Below, in pieces: positions 45,501 through 57,500 of a stretch of 64,000 nucleotides of DNA (the stretch's first letter is position 1; the number at the start of each line of letters is the position of its first letter). Position numbers and translations under genes: made by a program. The notes beneath the pieces are model-generated. The model was not told where the DNA came from, ran no database searches, and saw only the letters and a list, made by a program, of their open reading frames with translations. The stretch comes from Mantamonas sphyraenae STR306 (taxonomy: Eukaryota > Protista > CRuMs), in NCBI GenBank assembly GCA_026936335.1, contig JAPMXV010000044.1, forward strand, positions 434,001 to 498,000. The letters run 5' to 3'.

Positions 45501-47217
45501 AAGGACCCAGCAGCCGGGTCATCGTCCCTTTCACGTCCACAACCTCTACTCGGTTGCCAACGTTGTTCCTCGCGGTGGAGCCGTACCAGTAGCTCGCCTC
45601 CGAGTACTCGTTTGTTTCAAAGACCAGCGCATCATTTGCAAACGCCGGAAGGCGTCCGTTTACGGTCGCGTTGATCAGCGGCTCGCTCAGGTTGCTGGAC
45701 GACGAGCTCACACTCAGGGGCAGAGATCCCAGTACGTCCGCCATCTGCAGCACGGTCGACGCGCCCTGCTCCACAGACACAATGGGCCGGTTCAGCCAGG
45801 CGTCTCCTGTGTCCACCTTGAAAGTCCCACCTCCGTCTTGAGTGAAGGCCACCGTGTGGATGGGGTCACAGCCAGACGTCATCCGCTGCTCCATGTCGAC
45901 GCGCTGTGTCTTTGTTGTGCTTGCTGTGTACATGCCAAACACCCAATCTCCTGCAGGCAGACACTTGGCAAACACGGTCACGTCGTCGTACAGCCGTCCA
46001 TACTTTGCCACGTACTGGTTCGTCCGAGGGCTGTTGTTGTATCCCAGGAACACTTCAAGCGGGCTCACCGATCCCTTCACTTTGATGTACACAAACGATG
46101 CCGTCAGCAACGGCACCCGCTTCGTTGCCATCAGCCGGGGACGTAGGTCGAAATTACTCTGAACCAGTTCGCCATCTTGGCTCACCCCTGGGCTGTTGCC
46201 TGCACACCCATCGCTCGTCTTGGTGATGGTTACTGTCATTTTAGTGCCGTACAGCACCTTTAGGTAGATACCAATGAGCCTGTGCGCGTGTATGCGTGTA
46301 TGCGTGTTGGGTGTGTGACGAGGTGGTCAGTCGCGTTCGATTCGCCTTGACCCCTCTCCCTGCTTCACTCACCATGTTCCCTCCGACAAACAGACGTCGA
46401 CGGTGTTCTCCCGCCCGCCGTTGTTGCCAAAGTTGAACTCGTACGTGTTTGCCGTGGAAGACGAAAACGTGCGCGGAACCGCAGACTGCCTCACCACGAC
46501 CTGCTTGATGTTCATCCCCTGATTCGGATTGTCGGGCTCCAATACTGTTCGCCGCCGTGTGCATGGTTTTCCCGTGTCAGTGTTCCCATCGCACGCTGGT
46601 TGGGTCGAGTTTGCTAAAAGCAAACTCAACCCACCTCTCCCGCTCTGCAAACTCGGCTCCCGCGTCGTCGCCACAGCTGTGGCATGCTCACCGCGTGGCA
46701 CTCGCCGTGGCCCGTCGCCGTTGTGCTACTCACTTTTGATACGGTACCTCCCTCCTGTGGCGTTGTATTGGATCGTCGTCGGGCGGTTGTCGTCCATGTT
46801 GAAGAAGTGCATGGTTGTCGAATTGTGGAAGAACGGGAAGCAGCAGCCGCTTGGGCCTTCCTCGTTCACTTCAAAGTCCCAGTTGTACGGCCCGTTGTTC
46901 CACACATTGGCAGCTCTGTCCTCGCTGCTCAGGCGCACGGGGATTGTAATGCTGGTGGCCAGCACCATGCCGATGCAAACCACCGTGCCGCCAGTGAACA
47001 GGCACCACTCCATTTCGCTAAGCATGTTCTCGTTCGCCGCGGCCCACACCATGGCCAGTGTGAACAAGATGGGGCCCAGGAAGTACGATGGCATGAACAC
47101 CAACCCCCACTCCGTCTGCTGCGGGTCAAGATCCGCCACGCGCGCATACACCAGAAAGCCTTGCAGGATGGCCCAGAAGCCGATCACAATCGTGAAAATG
47201 GCAGGACCTTTGTTCAT
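42577..47217 (-). CDS. Large multipass membrane protein with extracellular beta-sandwich repeats and TMEM185-like helical hairpins
   Basis: Exons 47217-46734, 46613-46373 and 46279-42577 splice in frame. Three N-terminal TMs, a soluble region with repeats ending GTWLIGIY/GDWVFGMY/GRLYVMV, more than 10 further TMs and an acidic tail. Confidence 0.7.
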
Positions 47218-47319
47218 CGCGTGTCAAGGATCTTCGGCTGTTTGTGTCCGATGAGTTTGCAGCTCCCGCGCATACCTCCCCAGCGCAACCCACTGTACAC
47301 TGTGCTGTGCAGTAGACCG

Positions 47320-48697
47320 ATGTCACTACTACGCTTGGACCTGCTCACTGGCTACGAGCAGTCCCTGCTGGTCCTCAAGCAACTCAACGACCTGCTTTCC
47401 ACGTTTGGCGACGCCGTTTCGGTCAAGCGCGACGTCTACTGGGACATGGACATAGGCCACGCCGTCGACATGGTCAACGTCGAGCTCTCTGTCGACTCTT
47501 CCGACGACTTGCGAGTCCCTGTACTCCTCTGGCTCCCACTTTCCTTCCCTGTCGACCCGCCTCGGGTCTTTGTCAGCCGCACACAGGGTAGGTGGGCCAC
47601 GCTCCAACTCCCGCCTCTCGAATCCGGCCCCGCCTTCCCTGCCTCTGCACACATCTCGATGGATCCTTCCGCGTGTTCCCCGCACATCCTTTCCCGGCTA
47701 TCTTCTTCGTTCTCCCTGCGTACACGTGAATCCCATGCACCCGCAACGCGCCCTGTGTGGACTCACCGCAAACGCACTCTCCCACCGCACAGAAACTGTT
47801 TACAACACCCGCGCGCACTTTCTCGACGCAGAGGGCGTGTTGCGTACCTCCTACATAAGCCAATGGAGCTCACACAGCACCCTTCTCGACTGTATCCTAC
47901 ACCTTGCCGAGGTCTTTGCCTCGCTTCCTCCGCTTCTCCCGGATTCACACTCCGCCTCGCACGGCCACCACAGCGCCTCCAACGACGACGCCTCCACAAC
48001 CTCCACCTCTACCACGACTTCCGAATCCTCCTCTCCCTCTGTACATAAGTCATCCAGCTATGGCCACGACAGTCGTGACGAGACCTCGGCACGGCTGGGC
48101 TACGTCGAAGCCCTCGCCAGCAGGCTGCAAACACAATGGGAGGTCAGCGTGGCTTCCATCAATTCTTCCCTCGACCAGGGCCATGTACATAAGCAGAAAC
48201 TGCAGGAGGGCAACAGGCAGGTTACAGCACAGCTCCAACAGCTGCGGAGTACCAAGAGCACTCTTGCAGACGACATCCAACACACAGAAACCCTCCTTGA
48301 TGACATCCATACCCAAACACAGCTTGCCAAGTCCCTTGGGGCCTCTTCCCAAGTCGACGACCTCGTGCGCGGATCCTCTGTCCACGATCGCCAGCTCCTG
48401 CAAGAGCGCGCCAAGGACAACGCAATCGGCGACCTCATGGACGTCGTTGCCGCACACTATGCAGAGGGGAACATGGACACCACCCTCTTTCTCAAGACCA
48501 TCCGCAACCTCGCTCGACGTCAATTCCAAGCACGGGCCCTCGCTCTCAAGGTCTCTCTCGCCATGCGTGACACCGTCGTCGGCATTGCCCTTCCTGCAAA
48601 CAGCACCCACGCACACCCACCACCTTCTCCCTCCTCCTCCTCCTCCTCCTCCTCCTCCTCAACTGCACCTTCCGCAGACCGTTCCACGCACGGCTGA
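47320..48697 (+). CDS. TSG101: TSG101/Vps23-like ESCRT-I subunit (divergent)
   Basis: Exons 47320 (or 47251)-47587 and 47793-48697. UEV segments PVLLWLPLSFPVDPPRVFV and FLDAEG..YISQW; coiled coil; steadiness box AKDNAIGD..FLKTIRNLARRQF. Confidence 0.82.
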
Positions 48698-48871
48698 GTC
48701 ACACGGCGGAAAGTCTTCCTCTCATGAGTACAGCCTCGGTCAAACAGCCTTCTCCACTCTTCAAATCACAGTCCATCACAATCCCTGCCCGCAAACACAG
48801 AACCCACAGCCGGAAAGCTCCGGCTCCAACAACTTTTCTCGTTTCAGCCGTCGCAACCTGCTCCGATCCAA

Positions 48872-51466
48872 ATGAACCCTCGCCGCACCCTTTGCGCGCG
48901 CACTAGGCGAGCCTCTCGTGCCGCTCTCGTGCCGCTCCTCGCCGTGCTGCTCTTTCTCGTAGCCTCTGCGTCGGCATTCACCCCGCACGAACGTGTGTAC
49001 CCCGGACGCACAACCCAGTTTGCGCCCACCGAGGAGTACTTTGTACAACTCGTTGAAACCGTCGGCATGCCAGCCCTCATTCTCGCAGGCTCCTCTTTTA
49101 CTATTGGCTTGGCCTTTGTCATCATTCGCTACTGCTTCAACGCCTGCGGCGGCCGCTATCCCACGGAATCCGGCTACAAACCCCACGAGCAGGCCCTCCC
49201 TCGCATCCTCGTCTTTATTTTTAGTGTCCTCCTCGCCGTCTCCATCTCCAACGCCATCCTCAGCAACCAGTTTTTCAGCGACGGCATTCGTGACTTTCTC
49301 GACGAGATCATCAACGCCCTCAACAAAATCACCGCCAAGATTGCTCACATTGCTGCTAACCTCAAGCGCGCCAACATGGTTGAAAACAAAGGTGTCGACT
49401 TTGTCACCCAACTCAGCTCCGTCAGCGAGTCCATTCGTACCGGTGCTCTCCAGGCCCAGGACCAAGTCAACGGTTATGCCACCCTCCGCCAAGCCCTCCT
49501 CCTCCTCATCTACGACCTCTGCCTCATCAGCGTCGCCATCGGTGTTGCTTCTGCTCTCTTCCGAAGCAATCGCGCTGCTGTGGCCGTCGTCTTTCTTTCT
49601 GTTCTCGTCTCCCTCGTCATTTGGCTCTCCTATGGCATGCATCGCATGCTAGGAGCTGTCATTGACGACGTGTGCGTCGCCATCGACAATTTCCTTGCCT
49701 CAGACACAACCAACAATCCTGGCCTCGACTTTTTCATCTCTTGCGTCGAAGGCCAAGACCTGTTCGGCGACGTTTTCGAAGGTGCGTTCAACGGACTCAT
49801 CGACAACGTCGGCCTCTCAAACCGCTTCGGCTTCAACATTTTCAACAACACCCACATCGTCATTTCCACCCCAAATCGCAACGACACCAACGCAAACGGC
49901 GCCACCTCTGCCTTTGAGAGCGCCCTCTCCAACACCGAGCGCCAGCTGTCCAACTTTGAACAGCGCATTCAAAACTCGGGCCTCAAGAACAACACCCTCG
50001 TCAACGAGGTCACCAAGGTTGTGGACACCGCCCAGTTGTTTATTTCCATTCTCCGCGACGTCCAAGAGCTCCTCGACTGCTCCTTTGTGCGCAATCTTTT
50101 CCTACGCCTCAAGAGCCTTCTGTGCGACACCATGCTCGATGCCATTTGGTCACTCCAGGCCAGTGAGGGCGTCATGTCCGGCGCCGTCGTCGTCGTCGCC
50201 TTTGCTTCCATGCTTCTAAGCAAACGCCTCGGCAACGATTTCAAGCCCTATGAGTGCAGGCATCTCCATTGCAAGCGCAGGTTCCGCTTCCTCATCACGC
50301 GCGATGCCCACGAGAAGCTTCACGAAATCGATCCAGAGTCTGTGTACATGTCTGCCAACCCCCCGTCCTGTTGCGAGTACTATGGCTGCTACACACACAG
50401 TGTCCATCAAGCAGAGCAAGACGGTGAGGCTGTGGCTGATCAGCTCATCTCCTCCATGCCCAAGGAACTGGAAACCAGTGTCCCGCCCAGGATGCGCAAG
50501 TACCTGAAGAACTACCAGCAAGAGGTTCGCGCCACCCGCTCCGACTCGGCCGATTCCGATCTTGAGCTCCATGATCACCTCGGCGATGACTCTTCCTCAT
50601 CACCCTCCTCCCTCACAGACTCTATGCTCAATCGCCAGTACACCGACCAAGACATCATCGAGCACATCCGCCCGTCCGACCTTATGTTCTCCCACACCTG
50701 GAACGACCGCCGCAACCATGGCTTTGCCTACTATGCCTACGTGTTCTGCGCTTGCTGCCGTGGCATCCCTGCCTTTGAGAAGGATCTCGAGACAAACCTG
50801 TGTGGCTTCACCCGCGAGTCTTTCCGCCACGGCGTTCTCGGCATGCTCGAGATCATCTCCGTCATCGAGGTTCTCCAAGGTATCCTCTCGCTCATGGTGC
50901 CCCGTGTCATGAGCTTCCAATCGCCCGTCAGCATGATCACCGCCGGTCTCTTCTGCATCGTCGCTGTTCGCCTCTTTAGCGTTCGCATCATGGTTCTCTC
51001 TGCTCTGTGCCAGGGTGCCGCTGCTGCCTATCTCATCTTCCTACTTCAGGGTGCCGTAGAGGCCTTTGACGCCTGCGCTGGCGCCGGCACCGCCTGCTCT
51101 TTCACCACAGACGTGTATGTCCGCGCCTACATCTTTGCCCTTGTACTCAACCTTGTCATTGTTCTACTCTGCTTTGTGCTCGCCACTTTCACCTCCTTCT
51201 CCCTCCACAGCCTCCACGCAGAGCTAATTCAGCAGCAGGAGCTCGGCGTCGCCACCGACCGCCTCCGTCACGCTGCAGACAACTCCGCAAGGTCTCTCCG
51301 CCAGCGCTACCAGACCCTCCGTGCCAAGAAGAGTCGCCGAGGCCAAAACTCCCTTCAGGTCACCGATGTCAAGAAGATCACCTTTGCCCAGCTGCGCCAG
51401 AAATTTGCCCGCAACAACCGCAACAATCAGCAGCGCAAAAAGTCGTCTGCAACACCTCCTGTGTGA
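48872..51466 (+). CDS. Tweety/prominin-like multipass membrane protein with an internal C2H2 Zn finger and extra C-terminal TMs
   Basis: Signal peptide; TM followed by a Cys cluster (RYCFNAC), helical loops and DDVCVAI; KPYECRHLHCKRRF..HEKLH; about four further TMs. Confidence 0.6.
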   Translation: MNPRRTLCARTRRASRAALVPLLAVLLFLVASASAFTPHERVYPGRTTQFAPTEEYFVQLVETVGMPALILAGSSFTIGLAFVIIRYCFNACGGRYPTESGYKPHEQALPRILVFIFSVLLAVSISNAILSNQFFSDGIRDFLDEIINALNKITAKIAHIAANLKRANMVENKGVDFVTQLSSVSESIRTGALQAQDQVNGYATLRQALLLLIYDLCLISVAIGVASALFRSNRAAVAVVFLSVLVSLVIWLSYGMHRMLGAVIDDVCVAIDNFLASDTTNNPGLDFFISCVEGQDLFGDVFEGAFNGLIDNVGLSNRFGFNIFNNTHIVISTPNRNDTNANGATSAFESALSNTERQLSNFEQRIQNSGLKNNTLVNEVTKVVDTAQLFISILRDVQELLDCSFVRNLFLRLKSLLCDTMLDAIWSLQASEGVMSGAVVVVAFASMLLSKRLGNDFKPYECRHLHCKRRFRFLITRDAHEKLHEIDPESVYMSANPPSCCEYYGCYTHSVHQAEQDGEAVADQLISSMPKELETSVPPRMRKYLKNYQQEVRATRSDSADSDLELHDHLGDDSSSSPSSLTDSMLNRQYTDQDIIEHIRPSDLMFSHTWNDRRNHGFAYYAYVFCACCRGIPAFEKDLETNLCGFTRESFRHGVLGMLEIISVIEVLQGILSLMVPRVMSFQSPVSMITAGLFCIVAVRLFSVRIMVLSALCQGAAAAYLIFLLQGAVEAFDACAGAGTACSFTTDVYVRAYIFALVLNLVIVLLCFVLATFTSFSLHSLHAELIQQQELGVATDRLRHAADNSARSLRQRYQTLRAKKSRRGQNSLQVTDVKKITFAQLRQKFARNNRNNQQRKKSSATPPV

Positions 51467-51524
51467 CCCCAAAATTGTACAGCGTCAATGCAATCTGTCT
51501 GCATTTCCTCCACTCCACACTCCA

Positions 51525-54500
51525 TCATCGTCTCACAGGTCCAACTCGCTCCCCGCGCGCAAGCTTTTGCAACGTGGGTGAACCACCGCTGAGCTCGGAC
51601 CGCTTGCTTGCCACACCCAGCTGCAGCCGCCGTACAACCACCAGATCCCCGTCGCTCTCCACGTCCCTCTCTTCACCCTCTCCATCGTCGCCAAGCTCCT
51701 CTTCGTCCTCCGCGTTCTTACTTCCGCTCTCCACACCTTGCCCCTGCGCTTTCGCTGCAGATCGGGGTGTCAGCGCAGGCAGAGCCTTCTTCGACAGACT
51801 TGATCCGCTCATGGCTTTGTTCAGCAGCAGCACCTCCTTTTCAGCTTGCTTGCGCCGCGTCCGCTCCTCTGCCAGCCGCTTCTCCTTCCGCTCCAGCTCC
51901 TTCTCCATCCGCTGCACCAATCTGTCCAGCTGGTCGTCATTGCCTCGCGACAACAGCTTTTCCACCCGTTTCTGCTCCGACTTGGCACGCATGCTGCTCT
52001 CGCGCAATTGTACCTCCAGCTCGTCCACCCGTTTCTCCAACGCCTCGCTTCGACGCGTCTCCACCTCCAACAAGTGCGCCAGCTTGTCTGCCTCGCTCTT
52101 TGCTTCTCTTGCCTCTCGTTTGCTCGCTTTCAGCTGCTTCTTGAGCACAGACACGTCGTTCTCCATGGCCCGTGCGCCGTTTCCTGTCCCTTCCCCTCCA
52201 GCTCCGCCTTCTGATCCTCTGTTGCCGCTGCTGTGCTCTCCTCCGCCACCATCCAACTCTTCGATGCGCACACGCAGCTCTTCCAGCTCAAATTGCACCC
52301 CTTCCCGCGCCGCCTCGGCCTCTTGTACACGCCGCCTCTCCTCCGCCACCAGCTGTTGCCATTCTGCGTTCTCCGCCCGCAGGGCACTCACTTCTGCTGC
52401 CCCTGAAGCCCCGCTGTCTTCTTCTCGGTTTCCAACCTGGTACGCTGCGCCTCCTCCGCTCATCTTCTTGGCAGACGAAAAGATCGACATCTTGCGCCGG
52501 AACCTGCTCTCAGTTTTGCGTTTCTCCACCACACTCGACGTTGGCTGTGTCCCAGATCCCGTGCCGCTCCCGCTGCTGCTGCTCCCTGCCAGAAATGATC
52601 CGTTGGCCATCGCCTTTTCCGCTTCCAGCTCGTGATGAGCTCGCATTTCCTCGCTCAACCGTCTCTGCATCGACTCCATCTGCTTCTCTGCTGCCCTCAA
52701 TCGTTCCTCATTTTCTCGCAACTGCTTCTGCGCCTCCCTCAGGTTCTGCTCCAGCTCATGTGTCCCCGAACTCCCACCGTTGTATGCACTCCCGCTCGCT
52801 TTCCCTGCCCCACCATCCAACCTCGACCCGACCCCTTCACGCTCCATCTTGTCGATCAATCGCTGCAACCGGCCCATTTCCTTCTGAGTCGATCTTGCAT
52901 CCTTGACCATCCCTGTCAGCTTCGTTTCTGCCTCGGCAAGTTTCCTCTCCGCTTCCTTTCGCTTTGCTCCCTCCTTGTCTGCCATCCGCTCAAACCGCCG
53001 CACCAGCGATTCCTGGTTTCCATCCCCTCGGTTCGCTTGCTGCAGCGCCTTTACCTGTGAACGCAAACGACCCACTTCCAAACGCAGTTCCCCAGCGCTC
53101 GCTTGAACATGACCTACTCCTCCCCCACCGCCTCCGTCCACTCCAACCTCTTCTCCCCGCAGTTCCTTGTTCTCCTCTTCCAATTGCTTCACCACCTCTC
53201 GCAATCCCGCTGCCTCGTTCACAACCTTCTCCAAAGCCTCTTCCACTGCGTCCCGATCTGCCTCGATGTCTGTGCTAAACTGGATTTCCTCTCGCAGCTC
53301 CTTCTGCAACTTGTCCACCTGTGCACTCAGTTCCACCCGTGCTTCCTTCTCCCGCTTCGATTCCTGCCTCTCCTTGTCCAGCAGTTGCTCAAGGCGCGAT
53401 ACACTCCCTGCATGCCGCTTGTTCTCCTTCTCCAGGGCACTCGCCCGCCGCTTGGCACTTCGAAGCTCGCCTCCCACCTCTGTCAATTGCGCACGCAGCT
53501 CTTCCACACGTTCGCTCGCTGCTTCACTGCCTCCTCCCAACGCTACTACCACCCCTCCTCCTGCACCGCCGACACCCGCGCGCCCCGCACTTCCTCCTCG
53601 CGTCTTTCCACTGCTCATCTTTCCCGACCTCTTGTCTCCTTTCTCGCTGCTGCGCCATTTGCTTCCGCTCAGCCCGCTTGCTCCCTTTCCATCGCCCAGC
53701 CCTCCGCTCACTGTCACCACCCCTTTCCCTTGGTCCAACAGCCGCTCCAGTGCACCTTTGTCCTTTTCCACCTGTTTCTTCTCATCTTCCACCCGCTCCA
53801 CTTCCGCTTTCAGCGACTGTACCTCTTTCTCCAATTCAATCACCCGATCGGACTCACCCACCCTCGACGAGCCTACCCCGAGCTTTGACCCCTGAAGACC
53901 ACGCGCGCCTGCGCTTGTGCTGCTTGATCCCACTCCTCTGTTCCTGCCTGCTCGCTGCTGCGTCCCATATGTGCTTCGCCCCTTGTTTCGCTTGCCTGCT
54001 GCACTTTGGCGCCCGCCATCCCCTGCAAGCACACTCACACTCACCTCTCCGTCCAAAACCTGTTCGTACTTGTGGATTTGGGCCTCTAGGTGCTTGTTCG
54101 CCGCCTCGGAAGCCTCCAGCTGCTTGCGAATGTTTGCCACCTCCTTCTCCATCACGTCCACGTCCCCGCCGCTTCCGCTTCCTCCTCGTTTTGTAATCCC
54201 ATACCCGCTCGCCGCACGGCTTCCTACTCCACCCCTCGACGCTCCTCCTCCTCCTACTCCTACTCCTCGCGTGCCCCTCTTTGTGCTCGACAGCGCGGGA
54301 GGGCCTCTCCCCTGCTCCCAGTTCTTCATCGCCCGATCCAGGTCCTTTTCCAGTGTCTTTGCTGCCTCCTCCGCCGCCTTTCGCACACGCTCCTCCTTTT
54401 CCAGCCGCTTCTTTACGTTCTTCAATTCGAATTGCACCCCGTTCAACTTGTTCTCGGCCGCCCGCCGCTTGCTCCCCTCTTCGTTGACAAGCCCTTCCCA

Positions 54501-57500
54501 CCGCGCCAGATCCGCCTGCTTCGTCTCCAGCTCCTCCATCTTCCTTCCCAGCTGCTTCTCTGTGTTCTCTAGTTTGCGTTCCAGTAGTTGCAAACGCGAA
54601 TCGACGCCTGCACTCCCCGAGCTGCTGGTCACCCTGCCAACGCTCGTGTTCGGCCGCACCGTCCCACCACTCGATTTCTGCGCGCTCCGACGCACGGTGT
54701 CACGCCCAGCGCCTTCGTCAACCAACGCCACAGTACGCTCCAGATCACGCTCTCGTTGACGCAGCGCACTCGCTTTCCCGTCCACCTCCCGCTGCAGTTC
54801 TCGCACTTGACGCTCCGCCTCATCCACCTTGGTCTCCAACGTCTTCTTGCTTGCCGTCAGCTCCTGTACCTCTGTTTCTGCCTTGCCAAGGACCCTTTCC
54901 ATGCGCTTCATCGTGCTCTCCGCCACCTTGGCACGCTCTTCTGCCTCGGCCACTCCGCGCCGCTGCCCTGCAAGCTCCCGCTGCAATTGCTTCAGTTCCG
55001 CCTCCAGCTGGTCTTCCCTCACTCCGCCGCCGCTGCTTCCAGGTCCCGCCTCGCTTCCTCCTTCCCCTCCCGCTCCACCCACGCTACTCCCGCCGCTACT
55101 GTTGCTACTGCGCATCGACGACGCGCTTGCTTTCAGCGCCGCCCGCACCCCTTCCACGTACTTTTGGTTGACCTTGGATTTGCCCTCTACCATGCTTACG
55201 ACGTGATCCAACTTGATCGCTAGTCTCCTCTGCTCCTGCTCTGCGTCCTCGCGTCTCTTCACCTCCTCCACCACCCGCCGCTGCAGTTCCACCACTTCTC
55301 GCCGTTGCTCTTCCCCGCGTTGCGTGAGCTCCTCGCTTTTGCTCATCAGTCTCTCACGCTCGTCTTCCAAACGATGCACCTGCGCCGCCATGCTCACTCG
55401 GCTGTGCTTCTCCGACTTCAGTTGCCGCTGCAACGAACGCACATGATGGTTCAGTCCCGCACCATCGCCCACCACTCCCGGGGTCCCGCCTGCTTCTGCT
55501 GCTTCTTCTTCTGACGACGAAGACGATGCTGACGAGCCTGCCGCTTCGCTGCTCATGCGCAGCTTCGCCCCAGCTGCTTTCGCTCTGGCTGCCTCTCGCC
55601 CGCCTCCTCGTACGCTATTTCGTCGCCGTTCCTGCTCTCGTGTCACTTGCCTCTCCAACCGTTTCACCCTCTTCTCCAGCCGAGATCTCTCCCGCTCCGT
55701 GTCCCGCACGTTCCGTTGCAGCTCTGCGTTCGACTCGCTCAGTTGCTTTGCACGCACCTCCTCACGCTTCCCTCTGTCCTCCAGCTTGCTCAACTCCCGC
55801 TCCGTCGCCAACGCTTTCTTTTCCAGCTCTCTCTCCTTCTCTGCCAACTCTTTCACCTTGCGTTGCTCCTTTTCCAACGCCCGCTCTGCACGGTTTACCC
55901 GCTCCACCAGATCTGCGGCGGTTTCCCCTTCTCCTACTGTGCTCGAAGCTGCAATCGCACGACCACTCGCAGTCAGTACGCTGCTTGTTGTCCCTCCTTC
56001 TCCCGATTCTTGCATCTCCCGCACCATCTCCAGCTGCTCTTCCACCATTGCCACGTGCTTGTTTGCCGCTTCCCTCAGTTTCACCTCGTGCTTCATCTGC
56101 CGTTGCATGTCGTCCCGCTCCACACGTAGAGCGTCCATAGCCTCGTTCAATTGATGGAATTCCACCTCCTTTGCATCCAAACGCCCTTCCGCGAGTTCCA
56201 GCCGCTGCTCCAGTTTCCGTGATCTTGCCTGCTCCTTCTTCCACAGCTTCTCCAGTGACTTGATTTCCATGCTCACGACGCGATCCACCGTCACAGACAT
56301 CGCTCGTTCCACACGCTCCTGCGCTTTGGCAGACACAGAGTCCATGTACCGTCCCAGCCTGTCTTCCAGCTTCTGCTTCTCCCGCTCAAGCTTCTGCAGC
56401 GCCCGCCGTTGGTCTTCCACGTGACGCTGGTGAAACGCACTCTCCTCCTTCACTTGATCCAGCTCCACTTGCAGACGAACCCGCTCACGAGTCTCCCGCT
56501 CCAACTGCCCTTCTGCTCGCCCCAGCTGCTTCTTCACCTCGTCCTTTCCACTCTCCACGCCTCTCAACCGCTTGTTCAAGCTATCCCGCTCGCTCTTCAG
56601 CAGTCCCACTTCCATCCGTTGGTGCGCCACCGTCTGGTCCAGCTCTTGGATCGCCTTGATGAACTCCTCCTCCGTCACAACATCACCCTTCATCCTGCTG
56701 ACAGTCCCGCCTTCCTCTCCCTCGTTTTCCAGTCCACCCGTCGCCAAAAGCTGTTCAACTTCCTGACGGTACGCTTCCAGTGATTGCTGTGTCGTTCGAG
56801 CACTCGCTTGGCTCTCCTCCAGCTCTTTGCGCGTTTGCCGAAGTTCCTCACGCACACTTCGGTTGCTTTGCTCCAACTCCGCAACCTGGCCCTCATACGT
56901 TCCACGCACACTTGCCAGTTGCTGCTCGTGCTCATAGATAAGTTCCTCCAGCTCGCTCATGTGCTTCGCTTCCATCTCATCAGGCGTCATCTTGTTGCTC
57001 TTCCACACGCTGTCCCCGCCAAACTCTTGGCTCAGCACCTTGAAGCGTTGCTGCAGATCTTGAATTGTCCCCTGCAGTTCGCTCACTTCTTGCTTCCGTT
57101 TAATCTCCACCGTGTCCAGCTCCCGCTCTTTGCGCAACATCTGCTTCTGCAGGTCGTCCACCTGCTTCTGCAGTTTCTTGCTGCTGCGCCCAGATCCTCG
57201 CGCGGCGTTCTCTGCCTCCTTTTCGCGTTGACGCATCCCTTCCACCTTGCTCTTGAGGCTTTCGTTCTCGTGCTGCAGTCGGATCACAAGCCGTTCGTTC
57301 TTCAGCTTCTCCTGCGTCGCCACCACATTGTTCTGCACCACAGAAAGTGTTCTCAGCTGCTCTTTCGACCTCTCCATTCCGCTCCGGGCCTCCTGCAGCT
57401 CCACGCGCAGCTCAGCCACCTCACGCTCACGTTCGTGCAGGTCCGACACCAGCTGCGCCACCTCTTCGGGGCTCAGCTCGCGCTCTTTGCCCAGTTTAGG

